A program made the position numbers and the translations under genes. Positions 1-10,970 of a DNA stretch of 52,787 nucleotides are shown here, piece by piece. The stretch lies in assembly GCA_001275005.1 (NCBI GenBank), contig JWZX01002637.1:1-52787 (forward strand), given 5' to 3'. Every line of letters begins with the position of its first letter. Within the stretch, counting starts at the first letter, position 1. The DNA comes from Chrysochromulina tobinii. Its lineage: Eukaryota. The notes under the pieces were generated by a model. That model saw nothing but the letters and a program-made list of their open reading frames with translations, made no database searches and was not told where the DNA came from.

Positions 1-3000
1 CGGCGGACGAGGAGGCCGCCGCGGCCGCCGCCGCAGCAGCGGCGGCGACTGCATCAATCGACGAGCCGTCACCGCCCTCCACTGGGTCGCGCAGCATATG
101 CCGGAGCGATACGTCGCGGCGCACTTTGGGCCAGAGGAACTCCTCGATGGCGGCCACCGAGGCGAGCGGCTCGATGAGCACTACATTGGTCGAATACTCA
201 CGCAGCGAGGCCGAGGTGCCCGGCGCGCGCTGCAGCCGCAGCTTGAAGGGCTGCGTGAGCGCCTTGAGGCCGGCCGAGGCGGTGTCCGTGGACGAGCCCT
301 CGGTGAGAAGCAGCGGCAGGCTTTCCATCAAATTAATCGCCTCCTGCAGCTTCGCCACGAGCAACCCAAAAGTGGCGCCACCCGCGCCCAGGCGGGCCGC
401 GTGCGTCACCTCTTCGTCGGTCGGTGCCTTGAGCGGCGGCGGCAGCGCCGCCGAGCGAGTAGACGCGCGCGTCTTCTTGGCGGTCAACTCGGCGACGGCT
501 GAGGCGGGCGGCGAGGGCGAGGGCGTGCCCAGGAAGAGATGGCAGAAGGCGAGCAGGCGGAAGGTGCGGCGCTCCGTGCCCAGAGCGGGCCCGCCCACGC
601 CACTCGCCGCATCGCCACTTGCCGCCTCCGCTTTTTCCGCTTCAGCGTCGGCCGTCAGGTAGGCCAGCAGCGCTTCCACGAGCCCAGACTGCGCGAACTC
701 AAAGGTGGTGATGCCCTCGGGATGCGAAGGCGAGAGCATCTGCGCCACGTCACGGAGCGCCGCTACGTCCGCGTGCGCCAGCAGCGGCGCGGCCGCCAGG
801 TTGACGAGCGGGTGCATCGTCGAGTACAGGGTCGGGTCGGAGATGCGCGCGGCAAGCGCACGCAAGCTCGCGAGCGACGCCGAGCCGTCGCCCGCCGCGA
901 GCGCGCGCGAGAGCTTCGCGTCGGTCGCGATAAACTGCGCCTTGAACTTGTGCGCACGCACCACTAGCGTTGCCGTGGCCAAGTCGGGCGTCCGGTTCGC
1001 CACCGGCGCGGCCGTGGCCGGCGGTGGTGCTGTCGACGGGGCGGCCGCTGCCGCCGGCGACGAAGCCACAGCCTTTGAGCCTGCCGCCCCGCTGCCGATC
1101 GCACCGCCGCTGCTGCCGGCCTCGCCTATGCTCGACGAGCGCGAGGCGCGGCGTGGCGCGACACTGCTGCTCGGCGCGGCGGCGGGCGGCTCGACAGCGG
1201 GCGCGGCGGGCGTCGTGGCGCCCTTGGGCGGTGCGCTTTGGGTGAGGGCATGCACTGCGTGGAAGACACCCTCGCGCAGAAAGCGCTCGTGGTAGATGTG
1301 CGGCAGCTTCTCGAGGAGCGTCTGGGCGATGCCGAACGCGGCGAGGGCCTGGCTCGGATCTTGCGCCGAGAGCAGCGACGCGATGAACGAGGCGAAGGGG
1401 AGATCGCGAAGCAGCCCTTCGAGGCCGGAAGCCGAGTGCAGGCAAACCACCTTAGAGATGGCCGAGAGACACTTGGTGCGCACGCCCGCGTTGGCCGCGC
1501 TTGAGTGCGCCTGTAGCAGCACTGGAAAGAGGTGCTCCGCATAATCGCCAAGCAGGTGGGGCTCCTCCATCAGCAGCCGCTCGCGGTCCGAGACCTTTTC
1601 GGAAGGTTCGGCGTCCTCCTCGTCACCGTCGGCCTGGCGTGATCGGCGCTTGGGGTGCGCGCTGCGCCCGCCGCCGCTCGGCGCGCTGCGTGGCGCGGGC
1701 AGCAGCTCGTTGCACAGCGAGAGGATCTGGTGCATCTGGTCTTGCGGGCGGCTGGCGGGCGCACCCACGCCTGATGCAAGCGACTCGTCGGTGAGAAGGA
1801 TGTCGCGCAGCTTGGCCGCCACCTCCTGCTGCAGCAGCTGCAGCGCCAGGTTGGGAGATCCGCGCGCGAGAGTGGCGAGCATGCGAAGGAGCATCGTGCA
1901 TGTAGAGGGCGAGAGGGTCACGTCGGCCGAGGAGGCGCCACCCGCGACCATCGTCGAGATCAGCCTGAGCAGCGCGGGGAGCAGCCCGTGCGACGCGAGC
2001 ATCTCGAGCTTGGTCGCCGAGGATGCGAAGTCGTCCACCAGCCGCGCGAAGCCCAAGCACACGTGCTCGAGTACCTTTTGGTCGTGATGGTTGAGGAGGT
2101 TGGTCATCAGCGGCACCGCTTCTTGCACCAGGTGCGCGCACTCGAGCGGCAGCCCGCGGCACATGTTGGCCGCCGTCGAGACGGCCACGCGCTGCACGCC
2201 CGTCGCGAAAAAGTCAACGTATTGTAGCACTGCGAGCATGCCACCCGCGCGCAGGATGGCGAGGGGGTGCTCGTGTGAGAGCTTCTCAAGCGCCTGGAGC
2301 GACTGCTCGGCAAGGTCGATGTACTCGATCGAGAGGAGCTTTTCGCAGAAGAGGGGCACCGCGTCGTAGTGTACGAGCGCCGCGGACGACGAGGGCAGCA
2401 CGTCCATCATGTGGCACATGGCACGCGCTGCGAGCAACATGATGTCGGCATTGTGCTCCTTGCGCATCATCTGCACGAGCAGAGGGATGAAGACGTCGAC
2501 GGACATGGAAGCCATCGAGTCCTCGGTACCTGCCGAGGGCGAGAGGGCACACGCGCGCGCGCAACGGTGACGTTATTTAGCGACCGGTGGCGGTCAAGAT
2601 GCGTGTGCAAAACGGGGGGAGGGCTTTCCGAGCACAGTCCCCCCCGATCCGCTCATGAGGGGCGGGGCGCCGCGCACCGATGGAGAGAAGCTCGCAGAGC
2701 TCGTTGAGCGCGACGAGCTGCCGGCCCTCATCGTCCGTCTTGAGTCCGGAGAGGATCACCTTGAGCTTCGAGTGTGAGGCGGAGATCGAGGGCAGGAGGT
2801 CATCGAGGCCCGCGCCCAGCTTGCGCAGCAGTCCCTGAAGGGCGCTGCTCGGCGCGCCCCAGGACTGCGCGTTGGCCGCGGCGCTCTCCTCGAGGCGCTC
2901 GAGCGCCTCCTGCTCGGCTGCCTCCTCCGCAGAGAGGGTGCGCCGCGGCGGCTCGCTGGAGCTGCCACCAGAAGACGAGCCGGCCGCGCCGCTTGCCGCG

Positions 3001-3077
3001 GCGGCCGCTTTGAGGGAAGACGCGCCCGAGCCGCCTGTGGAGGCGCCCGACGCTGCAGAGGTTTCACGATCCGACAT
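1..3077 (-). CDS. UPL3: HECT E3 ubiquitin ligase of the UPL3/TRIP12/Ufd4 family, N-terminal ARM region; 3'-incomplete (continues past position 1). Exon 1 is 3077-2678, intron 2677-2530, exon 2 runs from 2529 to the window edge
   Basis: Splicing GT(2677)...CAG(2530) joins 'ALQGLLRKLGAGLDDLLP...QLVALNELCELLSIG' to 'TEDSMASMSVDVFIPLLVQMMRKEHNADIMLLAARAMCHMMDVLPSSSAALVHYDAVPLFCEKLLSIEYIDLAEQSLQALEKLS', the UPL3/TRIP12 signature. The start could be further upstream (in-frame ATG at 3440). The HECT domain is not in the window. Confidence 0.88.
2530..2677 (-). other. Spliceosomal GT-AG intron (148 nt, phase 1) in the UPL3-like gene
   Basis: Donor ATCG|GTGCGC and acceptor CTCGGCAG|GTACC; removing it restores the conserved LSIGTED motif. 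Confidence 0.9.
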
Positions 3078-4876
3078 GGCTGGCTGCTTGCGTTTGCGGT
3101 TGGAAGAGCTGGCCGAGGAGCTCGCTTCACCGGCTCGCGCCCTGGCAAGGAGAGAAGTGGTCGAGGCGACCGTGCTGTCCGTCAGCAATTGGCATGCAGG
3201 ATGCAGGCGGACGGGCGGCCAGCGGCGCACCTCTTGGGCTGAGCGACGGAGGCGAGTGGCTCTTTCTCCTGAGCCCGCTTGCTGCGGGTCCGAGAGCTGC
3301 GAGGAGACAGGAGCGCACGAGCTGGGGTCAGGCAGGCAGAAGAAGGCAAGCGCACGGGCAACGAGTCGCGCTTTGGAGAGTGGGTGGAAGCGTATGCGCC
3401 AAAGCCGCGCAACGCGACTGGTGGGAAGAGTGCTGTGCATGGGTGGTGCCGGAGGGACACGCGGGCGCTAAAAGCGTCGGGCGGTGCGGAGAGCACACCC
3501 TGACTTCTCTACAGCCGCCCTCTCCGATCGCCCGGAGCGAGTTTCCATAAGCCTGTACAGAGTGAGACGCGAGACGCGGGCCGTGAGTGATGGTGATGGC
3601 GCGGAGCCGTTTGACGTGCGGGAATGTCTGCGAAAGCGCCTGAATCGGCGGGTCGCGGCACGGGCGCGCGCCCAGGCCGTGGCTGGGCTTCCAACATGGC
3701 TATTTCTTACTGGGACCGAAGAAAATCATTTCCGTCCTTTCCCCATCAGACCACACTACCAAGCAAGCATCTGCTTCCACACCACCGTCTCAAAAGGCGG
3801 CTCCGCTCCCATCGGAGATCGGTCTAACGGTCAACACACTCAGTCTGACTCAGTCCTATCTTCAAATTCCTAAACCTAATCCGCTGAGCGGCCTGTGACT
3901 GCTGTGAAGTGTGACTGCTGTGCGCCGAGGCCGTCGAAGAAACAGGGATATCTGTCCGCACCTAAAACGGTAGCGCATGCTCGCCAAAAGCCGTCCTCAG
4001 CGCGCCATGCCGCAAGGGCCGACGATGACGTGACGCCACGTCGAAATCACGGGGAAATCACGCCTACAATTGTACTCGGTCGTCAGTCCGCCCTTGATGC
4101 AAACACATGACCAGACGCCGAGTACGACGTCCCATCCATGCCAATTATACAGCAGGAGCATTCGCGACGAGATTGGCTGCTGAGCACGCCGTCGACACGT
4201 GCGACAATGTTGCAGACTGCTGCAACCTGATCTGGGCGACCGTCGAGAGACGCGAGAGACGCGAGACACGCCACTGGTGCACCTTTGAACCATGGTCATG
4301 GCCCGTCCACCTGCTGTGCAAGCGCAAGTGAGAGCAGCGAGCCCGTGACGCAGTTGATGCTTGCAGTGGTGGCCCGCTGCTCACGAAGCGGGGCGTGCGA
4401 GCGTTCTGGCGCTCCAGCTCTTGCCCTGGCAGCAGCAGCTGGCGCCACATGCGTCGAGCTGCCTTTGGGCTTTGTCGCTGCCGCGGGTGGCTGAATGCTC
4501 GTTGCTGCTCCGAGTGGCTGCTGCACGGGCGGCATGTTCTCGAGTGGCATCCATGCGCTCGGCCCGTTCGGAGCCGGCGAGGTTACGGCTCGTGTTGCAC
4601 CATCGACGGTCGCACTGTTCCGAATTGTGGTTGATGTCCACGCGCTCCAAGCCGACGGCTCTGCTGGCTCAACTGTCGGCATACAAGTAAATCGTGGGAA
4701 ATCGGAATTCATGTTAATACACACAACACGTACAAGCACGATTCACAGATGTGGGAATCCGCACAACTCTTGTAAAACTTTCCCCGCGCTTTGCATGATC
4801 TTTTTGCCGCCGCCGCGACAATGTTTTGCCATTTTTGTCCGTCCTTCGTAAAAGATGGGGTGAGATCGGCTCGACA

Positions 4877-5494
4877 ATGACTCTGGGGCGCAACGACTCA
4901 ATCGGAGTTCTCGGTTTCAACGACGTAATCTACCCGCCCTGGACCAGCCGGCTCTTGATGGGCTCTTCGATCGTGATGGGATGCAGCTCGGCCTTTGCGG
5001 GAGTGCTCCACCAGTACATATTGTGCACGCTAAGTGGCTTGAGCGCCGTGGCCAGCATAATTTATTGGCGCAAGCCTGGCCCTGGATGCCGGCGAGATGG
5101 AGATTATTGTTTCGCGGCGCTGGCTCTGGCATACACGGTGCCTGCGTCACTGTCGCTGCGCGGGACTCCGAATGTTTGCTTCTGGGCATGCCTCATGGCC
5201 TTCTACCTATGCTTCCGCCGCAGTTTCCAGCTCAGCTCAGTCTCCAACGGCGGTGACGGTAGGTGGGCGCAGTGGCACGCGGCCGGCCACACCTTCGTTT
5301 CGATAGGCACATCGAGCGCAGCCTTGGGTGAGGTCGATAGCTGGCGCTTTGATCACTTCAACCCACTCGGCACCTTGATCTCCATGCTCATCTGCTCGAG
5401 GCTTGCGTACGACACGTGGAGGGCATACTCTCAGAACTCACGGCGTAACCAAATCAAAGAAATCGCGCTGCCATCGAGCACCGACGTGTTGTGA
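4877..5494 (+). CDS. Small multi-pass membrane protein of unknown function
   Basis: About 205 aa from ATG 4877 with several hydrophobic segments and the motifs S-x-x-YW-x-x-P-x-x-G-x-RR-x-x-D and WHxxxH. Confidence 0.65.
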   Translation: MTLGRNDSIGVLGFNDVIYPPWTSRLLMGSSIVMGCSSAFAGVLHQYILCTLSGLSAVASIIYWRKPGPGCRRDGDYCFAALALAYTVPASLSLRGTPNVCFWACLMAFYLCFRRSFQLSSVSNGGDGRWAQWHAAGHTFVSIGTSSAALGEVDSWRFDHFNPLGTLISMLICSRLAYDTWRAYSQNSRRNQIKEIALPSSTDVL

Positions 5495-5919
5495 TCGCGT
5501 GTAAGCTGTGTGGTAAAGTGTGGACCGCCGCGGCAAATCGAGGGTGCCCGATTTCGGATTCACGTGGGGGCGACCGCGGCCGAGGCCCGAGCGGCGAGCG
5601 GCACCCGGCGGCGACCGGCGTCGACCCGGTCGAGCCGGGCAGCGATCGGGATCGCGACCGAAAAGCACGTCGCACCGAGCGGCTCGGGGTGCAGGGTGAG
5701 GCTGAGGGTCGGTCGGCGGTCGCCGATCGGGCCGGACGCGCGACGGACTCCCTCTATTCACTAATTGGTGTCAAGAGAGAGACCGGTGAACCGCACACGC
5801 ACGCGCCGAGCTCCAGCACATCTCCCCCGAGCTCACGTCATCGCATGTGGGGACCGGCAGATACGACGACTCCGCAATCACCGCGTGTAGGCGCTCCGCC
5901 AGCGTGCATGCGTGCAACC

Positions 5920-7149
5920 TCATCGAGCGGAGCGCGAAGGAAACATTTTGAAAAACTTGTTTGAGGAGGTCTCCGTCTTGTCGCCCTTGGCCAGGAGCTT
6001 GAGCCCCTTGTAGAGCTCGTCCCGGTAGTCGTTCACGCTCAGCTTGGTGTCATCGTCGATGCACGCTTTGAGCGGCTCACACACATCCTGCTTGTCCTCG
6101 TCCTCCTTTCGGAATGGTTTCATCCACGCGTGCGCGAGCGCGCCGTGCACGTCCATGCGCTTGGACGGATCGACCTCGAGCATCGCGCAGACCATCTGTA
6201 TGGCCTCCTCCGGCGCGCCCTTCATCTTCTCGCGCAGCATGCCCAGCCGGTACCCCGCGGTTGCAGGCGGGTACTTATCGATGAGGTTGACGGGCTCTCT
6301 GAGCATAGTCGCCGCGTACTTGGAGCGCAGCGCCTCAATTGTCGGCGCGTCGGGCACGCCGGTTACCTCGACGATGCGCTCGATCTGGTTGATCGTCGAC
6401 GAGCCGGCAAGCAGCGGCTTTCCTATGAACATCTCGGCGATGATGCACCCCAGCGCCCACACGTCCACCGCGCGCGTGTACGACGTCGAGCCGAGCAGGA
6501 TCTCGGGCGCGCGGTACCATCGCGTCGCAACGTAATCGGTAAGCGTGCCCGCGGGTTCGGCCATGCCCTCGATCTCGTGCAGTGCGCGCGCAAGCCCAAA
6601 GTCGGCAACCTTGAGCACGCAGTCCTCGTTGAGCAGCAGGTTGGACGGCTTCAGGTCGCGGTGCAGCAATCCCGCCGTGTGGCAGTATTTGAGCGCCTTG
6701 AGCGACTGGTACACGATGAACTGCTTGTGTACGGGCTCAAGGATATTGGCGCGAACGACAGCATGCAGGTCCGTCTCCATGAAGTCGAAGACGAGGTACA
6801 CGTCCTTGTCATTCTCGGCCTTGTGAAAGTTTCGCAACTTGATGATGTTTGGGTGTGCGATGCCGCCGCTCGCCGCCACTGCCTTTGACGAAGCCGCGTC
6901 GGCGGAGCTGTTGAAGCACTGCACGCCCTGCAGCATCAGCAGGTAGGCGATCTCGCGGAAGGTACGCTGCGCGTCTGTCTGGTTCTGGAAGGCGTCAAAG
7001 ATCTTTTTGATGGCCACTACGTCCTTTGTCTTCTTGTCGATTGCCTTGAAGACCACCGCGTAAGCGCCCTTTCCGAGCTTCTGCTGGATGTCGTACTTGC
7101 GCGAGATATGCTTGTCGACTTTCTCGACGTCGTCCACTTTGTCAGACAT
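5920..7149 (-). CDS. MAPK15: Mitogen-activated protein kinase, MAPK15/ERK7/8-like (TDY activation loop)
   Basis: Motifs LGKGAYAVV, VAIKKIFDAFQNQTDAQRTFREI, HRDLKPSN, DFGLAR and LTDYVATRWYRAPEILLGS. The 'KKIFDAF.N.TDAQRTFREI' segment is typical of the ERK7/MAPK15 group. Confidence 0.9.
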   Translation of the reverse strand: MSDKVDDVEKVDKHISRKYDIQQKLGKGAYAVVFKAIDKKTKDVVAIKKIFDAFQNQTDAQRTFREIAYLLMLQGVQCFNSSADAASSKAVAASGGIAHPNIIKLRNFHKAENDKDVYLVFDFMETDLHAVVRANILEPVHKQFIVYQSLKALKYCHTAGLLHRDLKPSNLLLNEDCVLKVADFGLARALHEIEGMAEPAGTLTDYVATRWYRAPEILLGSTSYTRAVDVWALGCIIAEMFIGKPLLAGSSTINQIERIVEVTGVPDAPTIEALRSKYAATMLREPVNLIDKYPPATAGYRLGMLREKMKGAPEEAIQMVCAMLEVDPSKRMDVHGALAHAWMKPFRKEDEDKQDVCEPLKACIDDDTKLSVNDYRDELYKGLKLLAKGDKTETSSNKFFKMFPSRSAR

Positions 7150-7682
7150 CAGGTCAGGCCGGGTCTCGGCAGAGAGCGTTCGGCGGGTCAGAGTCTGTGC
7201 GACTTTGGGCGTTGAGGAAGTGTTCGAAACTGTGAAAAGTCAGCTGTTCGAACACTCCGCGCGTGCAATACTAGTAAGTGTTAGTCCACGCCGAGCGACG
7301 CGTCGAAGCGACGCGACCACTGCGTGGCAGTGTTTCGTGTGGTAGTGGCTGGTCGGTAACTTGTGTGTCGATTCAACTGACCCTTTCGCAATATTTATTA
7401 CAGTTCCGATTTCGCGCGCGCACAGTCACCGCGCCCCGACCCCGAGGACTCCGAGATGGAATACATGTAACCCGCCCATTGAAAGAATTTCGACGTGCTC
7501 GCTCTGCAAGCGCAAGTGCGATCCACGCTCTGAGTGTGATCCACGCCAATGACGGGAAAACAAGCCACGCGCTGCGCTTTAAGCTGCGCTCTCGGGCACG
7601 TGGGCGCCCTTCTGTAAGCGTCGTCTCGCACATAACCTACTCATCTGAGTCAAGTAATCATCTGAGCGCAAAGGCTCAGAGC

Positions 7683-9365
7683 TCAGAAGAGCCGTGGCAG
7701 AGCCGCGGCCCGCGCCACGGGCCCGCCGCCGATGCACGAGCAAGGGCAGTCGTAGCACTTGAGGCACAGGCAGAGAGGCACGCCCGCGATGTGGATGGGC
7801 GATTTCTTCACGATGTGAGGCACGCGTGCGGGCGAGCTAACATGGTGCACGAAGCCGTCGGGATCCGAGGAGCACACTGAGCGGCCAATGTCAGAGAGGG
7901 GCTGGCGCGGCATTGAGGGGGACTCAACGAGGAGGTCAAGGGAGCCATTGAGGCCTTCCAGCAGCGTCGCGCCGTCAATCGTACTCCGCGCCGCGGCATA
8001 GCGCGCTGCGCTCGAAGCTGTCTCCAGCCGACCAGTCGACGGCGACCCCTGCATATATCGGCTCATGTAGTCTTGATGAGACGATTGCGTCCCTGGCGTG
8101 ACTCTGCCGGTCGCCCACGGCGATGCGCCAGCGCCGTGCGACGGCCCGGGAGAAGCGTTCATTGACGTGGTCGGCCCACCGTCGCCGTTAAAATAGGTGA
8201 CTCCCACATCTGAGTCGATGCGCGATAGAGGGGTCGGTGATCGCGGCACGCCGGCCGCAACCTCCGTGGTTGTGGCGGGTCGGTCCGAAGACGCGCGCGC
8301 CTGCAGGCGCAGCTGCGCCTCGTACTCTGCACTCGTAAGTTCAGTGACCACGCCATCTGCGAGAGTATCAGAGAGGGGCAGCGGCATTGGCAGCGACGTG
8401 CGCTGCACGCGATCGAAGAGGGCCAGACGCTCCTTCTCGCCGCCAGAGGCCGGCGCCTCAGAGGCCATCTTGAGTGCGGACGTGCTCGGTGTGCGCGCGC
8501 ATCCCCGAAGAGCAGCACGAGCAGCCTCGATGGGCGGCGGCGCCGTTCGGGTCTCCAATTCGAACGGTATGGACGATGCGTGGCTCGCCAACAGGCCCTC
8601 GCCGGCTGAGCCGCGCGAGAGTGCCGGCGCGCCGCCAAGGCTTGCCGCATAGTGCACGGCGGCGTCCATGGCATAGTTCGCCGAGGCATCAGCTGCGGCG
8701 GGCGACGAGAACGTCGCCGAATAGCTCGCGGCTCGAGGCAGCGACATCAGGCTGGGTGCTGGGAACAGCTCGCCATTTTTGAGGCTGGGCGACCCGAACG
8801 TGGGTGCATGGGAAGGTGGCGGCACCGGCGGTTTGAATGATGGGCCATGTGCGGCCGCAAACGATGTGGAGCGCGTCCGCGCCATCCAATCCGGCGACTC
8901 GCTCATTAGCGGCCTGTCCACTGGCAGCGACGCAGTGAAGGAGCTCAATGTGTTGGCCACGTCGCGGAACTCTTGTCGCCGATGGTCATCGTCGTAGGAT
9001 GGCACCGTTGACCCGCCCGATCTCAGTGATCTCAAGAACGGGGATGACGTCTCGCCGCCGACAGGATTGACGGAGATTGCCTTCGTCGCAGCTGGTGGTC
9101 GCTCGGCAGTTCTACCTGGCGTTGCTATCTTTGGCTCAGCAACCAGAGACGACGATTGCATGTTCGCAATCCCCATACGCTCGCACTCCAGCGACGTCAG
9201 CTCGGTCACGGCCTTCGCCGAAAGGAGATCGTCAGCCTGTCTATTGAGCGCAGCCATCTTCTTGCCGAGATCCACGCTCACCCGGTTCGATGGCGATGAC
9301 ATCGCGTCGGCAGCAGCCGTCATCGCCGCGAGCCTCTGGCGCGCCTGGCGGAGTGTGTCGTCCAT
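7683..9365 (-). CDS. Hypothetical protein (560 aa): N-terminal coiled coil, Ser/Pro/Ala-rich disordered body, short Cys-rich C-terminus (CLCLKCYDCPCSC)
   Basis: Long uninterrupted ORF with ATG at 9365, arranged divergently to the transporter gene. No family recognised. Confidence 0.6.
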   Translation of the reverse strand: MDDTLRQARQRLAAMTAAADAMSSPSNRVSVDLGKKMAALNRQADDLLSAKAVTELTSLECERMGIANMQSSSLVAEPKIATPGRTAERPPAATKAISVNPVGGETSSPFLRSLRSGGSTVPSYDDDHRRQEFRDVANTLSSFTASLPVDRPLMSESPDWMARTRSTSFAAAHGPSFKPPVPPPSHAPTFGSPSLKNGELFPAPSLMSLPRAASYSATFSSPAAADASANYAMDAAVHYAASLGGAPALSRGSAGEGLLASHASSIPFELETRTAPPPIEAARAALRGCARTPSTSALKMASEAPASGGEKERLALFDRVQRTSLPMPLPLSDTLADGVVTELTSAEYEAQLRLQARASSDRPATTTEVAAGVPRSPTPLSRIDSDVGVTYFNGDGGPTTSMNASPGPSHGAGASPWATGRVTPGTQSSHQDYMSRYMQGSPSTGRLETASSAARYAAARSTIDGATLLEGLNGSLDLLVESPSMPRQPLSDIGRSVCSSDPDGFVHHVSSPARVPHIVKKSPIHIAGVPLCLCLKCYDCPCSCIGGGPVARAAALPRLF

Positions 9366-9662
9366 GGGCGCCGGCGACTGTGTTTAGCCGCAGCGCTGGC
9401 GCTCACGCAGTCCGCCTGCACCACAGGGACTTCGAGGAGGAGGGGCACGAATCTACCAGAGATTGCTGCGCCCTTTGCATCTCTTCTTTGTTTTGAATCG
9501 CGCCCGCGACGAAGCGAAAGTTTGCTACCGGTGCGCACACTGTGAAAAGTCATGTCAGTTCAATCCCATAGGACCGAATTCACGCAAGACGCAGTCCGAC
9601 TTGAGACTGCGCATCTCACGTGATCTTCGCGAAGCAAGCCAGTCAGTCACTCACGCCCTCGT

Positions 9663-9706
9663 GTGCTCACTGCCGTCGGGGAGTGCTCACTGCCGTCGGG
9701 GAGTGC
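9663..9706. repeat. 20-bp tandem repeat (GTGCTCACTGCCGTCGGGGA x2.2) just upstream of the transporter start
   Basis: Read directly from the sequence. Confidence 0.85.
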
Positions 9707-9716
9707 AGCGCCAGCG

Positions 9717-10970
9717 ATGCAGAGTGCCTTGAGCGAGCCCTTCATCACTCCTTCGAAAAGGAAAGGGACCACGGTCGTGACCGCATCTGCTGCACTCGTC
9801 AAAGCAATCGTCGGGACAGGCATCTTTGCGCTCCCACCAGCAATCCGTGCTAGTGGGTTGCTGCTCGGCTCAGCGGTCTCCTTATTGATGGGCGTGGTCT
9901 CCCTATTCACAACTTGGACCATGCTCGAGGCTGTGCGTGAGCTACGTCGCCGTGGGCACGCAAAGGATGACGACGGCCGCATCGAGTACACCGCCGTTGC
10001 TGGGCTCTACGCCCCAAGAGCGGAGCGTGTTCTCACCGTCCTTTGTATAGTCGGGCAGTTCGGCAGCTCGCTTGGCTACTTTGCCTTCATCTGCACCTCG
10101 GTGCAGCCGTTTGTCGCGTCGATGATTTCGCGCCCGCAGACCTTTGCCATCATCGCCGCAATCGAAGCCCCACTCATTCTGCTTCGCGACACATCGCACC
10201 CAGCCTTCGAGGCGGCGATGGCGTTTGGCAACGTGGCAGTCGGCCTCGCGCTTTGCACGGTGCTCTGGGGAACGGTGGTTGCACCATCCGAAGCCTACCC
10301 GCACCCTCCAATCAACGAGCTCAAGATTGTCGACCCGGGCGGGATTGGCCTACTGTTCGGTGTGACCCTCATCATGTTCAGCTGCCACCTCGAGTCGGTC
10401 TCGATTGAGGCGGACATGGCGAGCCGCGATCAATTTGATCGTGTGTTGAACCTGACGTTCTGGTCGCTCTTTGTCGTCTACATCGGCTTCGGCCTGGCCG
10501 TGTACGCGTCGCTAGGCGAGGCGACGGGGCGCGTGCACGCCAACCCGAGCGACGCCTCGTCGGCATGGATGGACGCGACAATCATGCAAAACCTCGACGA
10601 CGGAGCCTTTGTGATTGCGGTCAAGCTGCTCATGTCGCTCAACCTCGTGATGATGATGCCCATCACGCTGCTGCCCGCGTCGCGCGCCATGGAGCAAATG
10701 ATCGGCGCCGGCACGCCCGCCACGCAGGCCCTGGCGCGCCTCGCGATGATCGTCTCCCTTGCCGTCGCAGCAGCACTCTTGCCCGGGTTCGAAATGATAG
10801 TCGGGCTCACCGGTGCGCTCGGCGGTGTCACTTGCTTCACGCTCCCGGTGCTCTGCTACGCGCACTTTTGCGGCGATCGGCTGCCGACGTGGCAGCTCGC
10901 GGCGGCATACGGCGTGGCTGCGTTTGGCGTGGTCGGCACGTTGTGGAGCTTTGTGCAGCAGCTGACGTGA
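9717..10970 (+). CDS. Amino acid/auxin permease (AAAP, Aa_trans; SLC36/38-like) transporter
   Basis: N-terminal 'LVKAIVGTGIFALPPAIRASGLLLG' motif, about 11 TM segments, and 'GLTGALGGVTCFTLPVLCY' near the C-terminus. Confidence 0.9.
   Translation: MQSALSEPFITPSKRKGTTVVTASAALVKAIVGTGIFALPPAIRASGLLLGSAVSLLMGVVSLFTTWTMLEAVRELRRRGHAKDDDGRIEYTAVAGLYAPRAERVLTVLCIVGQFGSSLGYFAFICTSVQPFVASMISRPQTFAIIAAIEAPLILLRDTSHPAFEAAMAFGNVAVGLALCTVLWGTVVAPSEAYPHPPINELKIVDPGGIGLLFGVTLIMFSCHLESVSIEADMASRDQFDRVLNLTFWSLFVVYIGFGLAVYASLGEATGRVHANPSDASSAWMDATIMQNLDDGAFVIAVKLLMSLNLVMMMPITLLPASRAMEQMIGAGTPATQALARLAMIVSLAVAAALLPGFEMIVGLTGALGGVTCFTLPVLCYAHFCGDRLPTWQLAAAYGVAAFGVVGTLWSFVQQLT

Noticed and set aside
98..2369. 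Many overlapping plus-strand ORFs (and similar antisense ORFs at 14968-16389, 27011-28005 and 51904-52554)
   Set aside because: They are shadow ORFs opposite real genes, expected in high-GC DNA with few stop codons.
3997..4739. Possible spliced minus-strand gene (ATG 4682, acceptor-like CTTGCACAG, GAGAGACGC x3 repeat)
   Set aside because: I could not assemble a convincing exon chain or recognise any domain; left unannotated.
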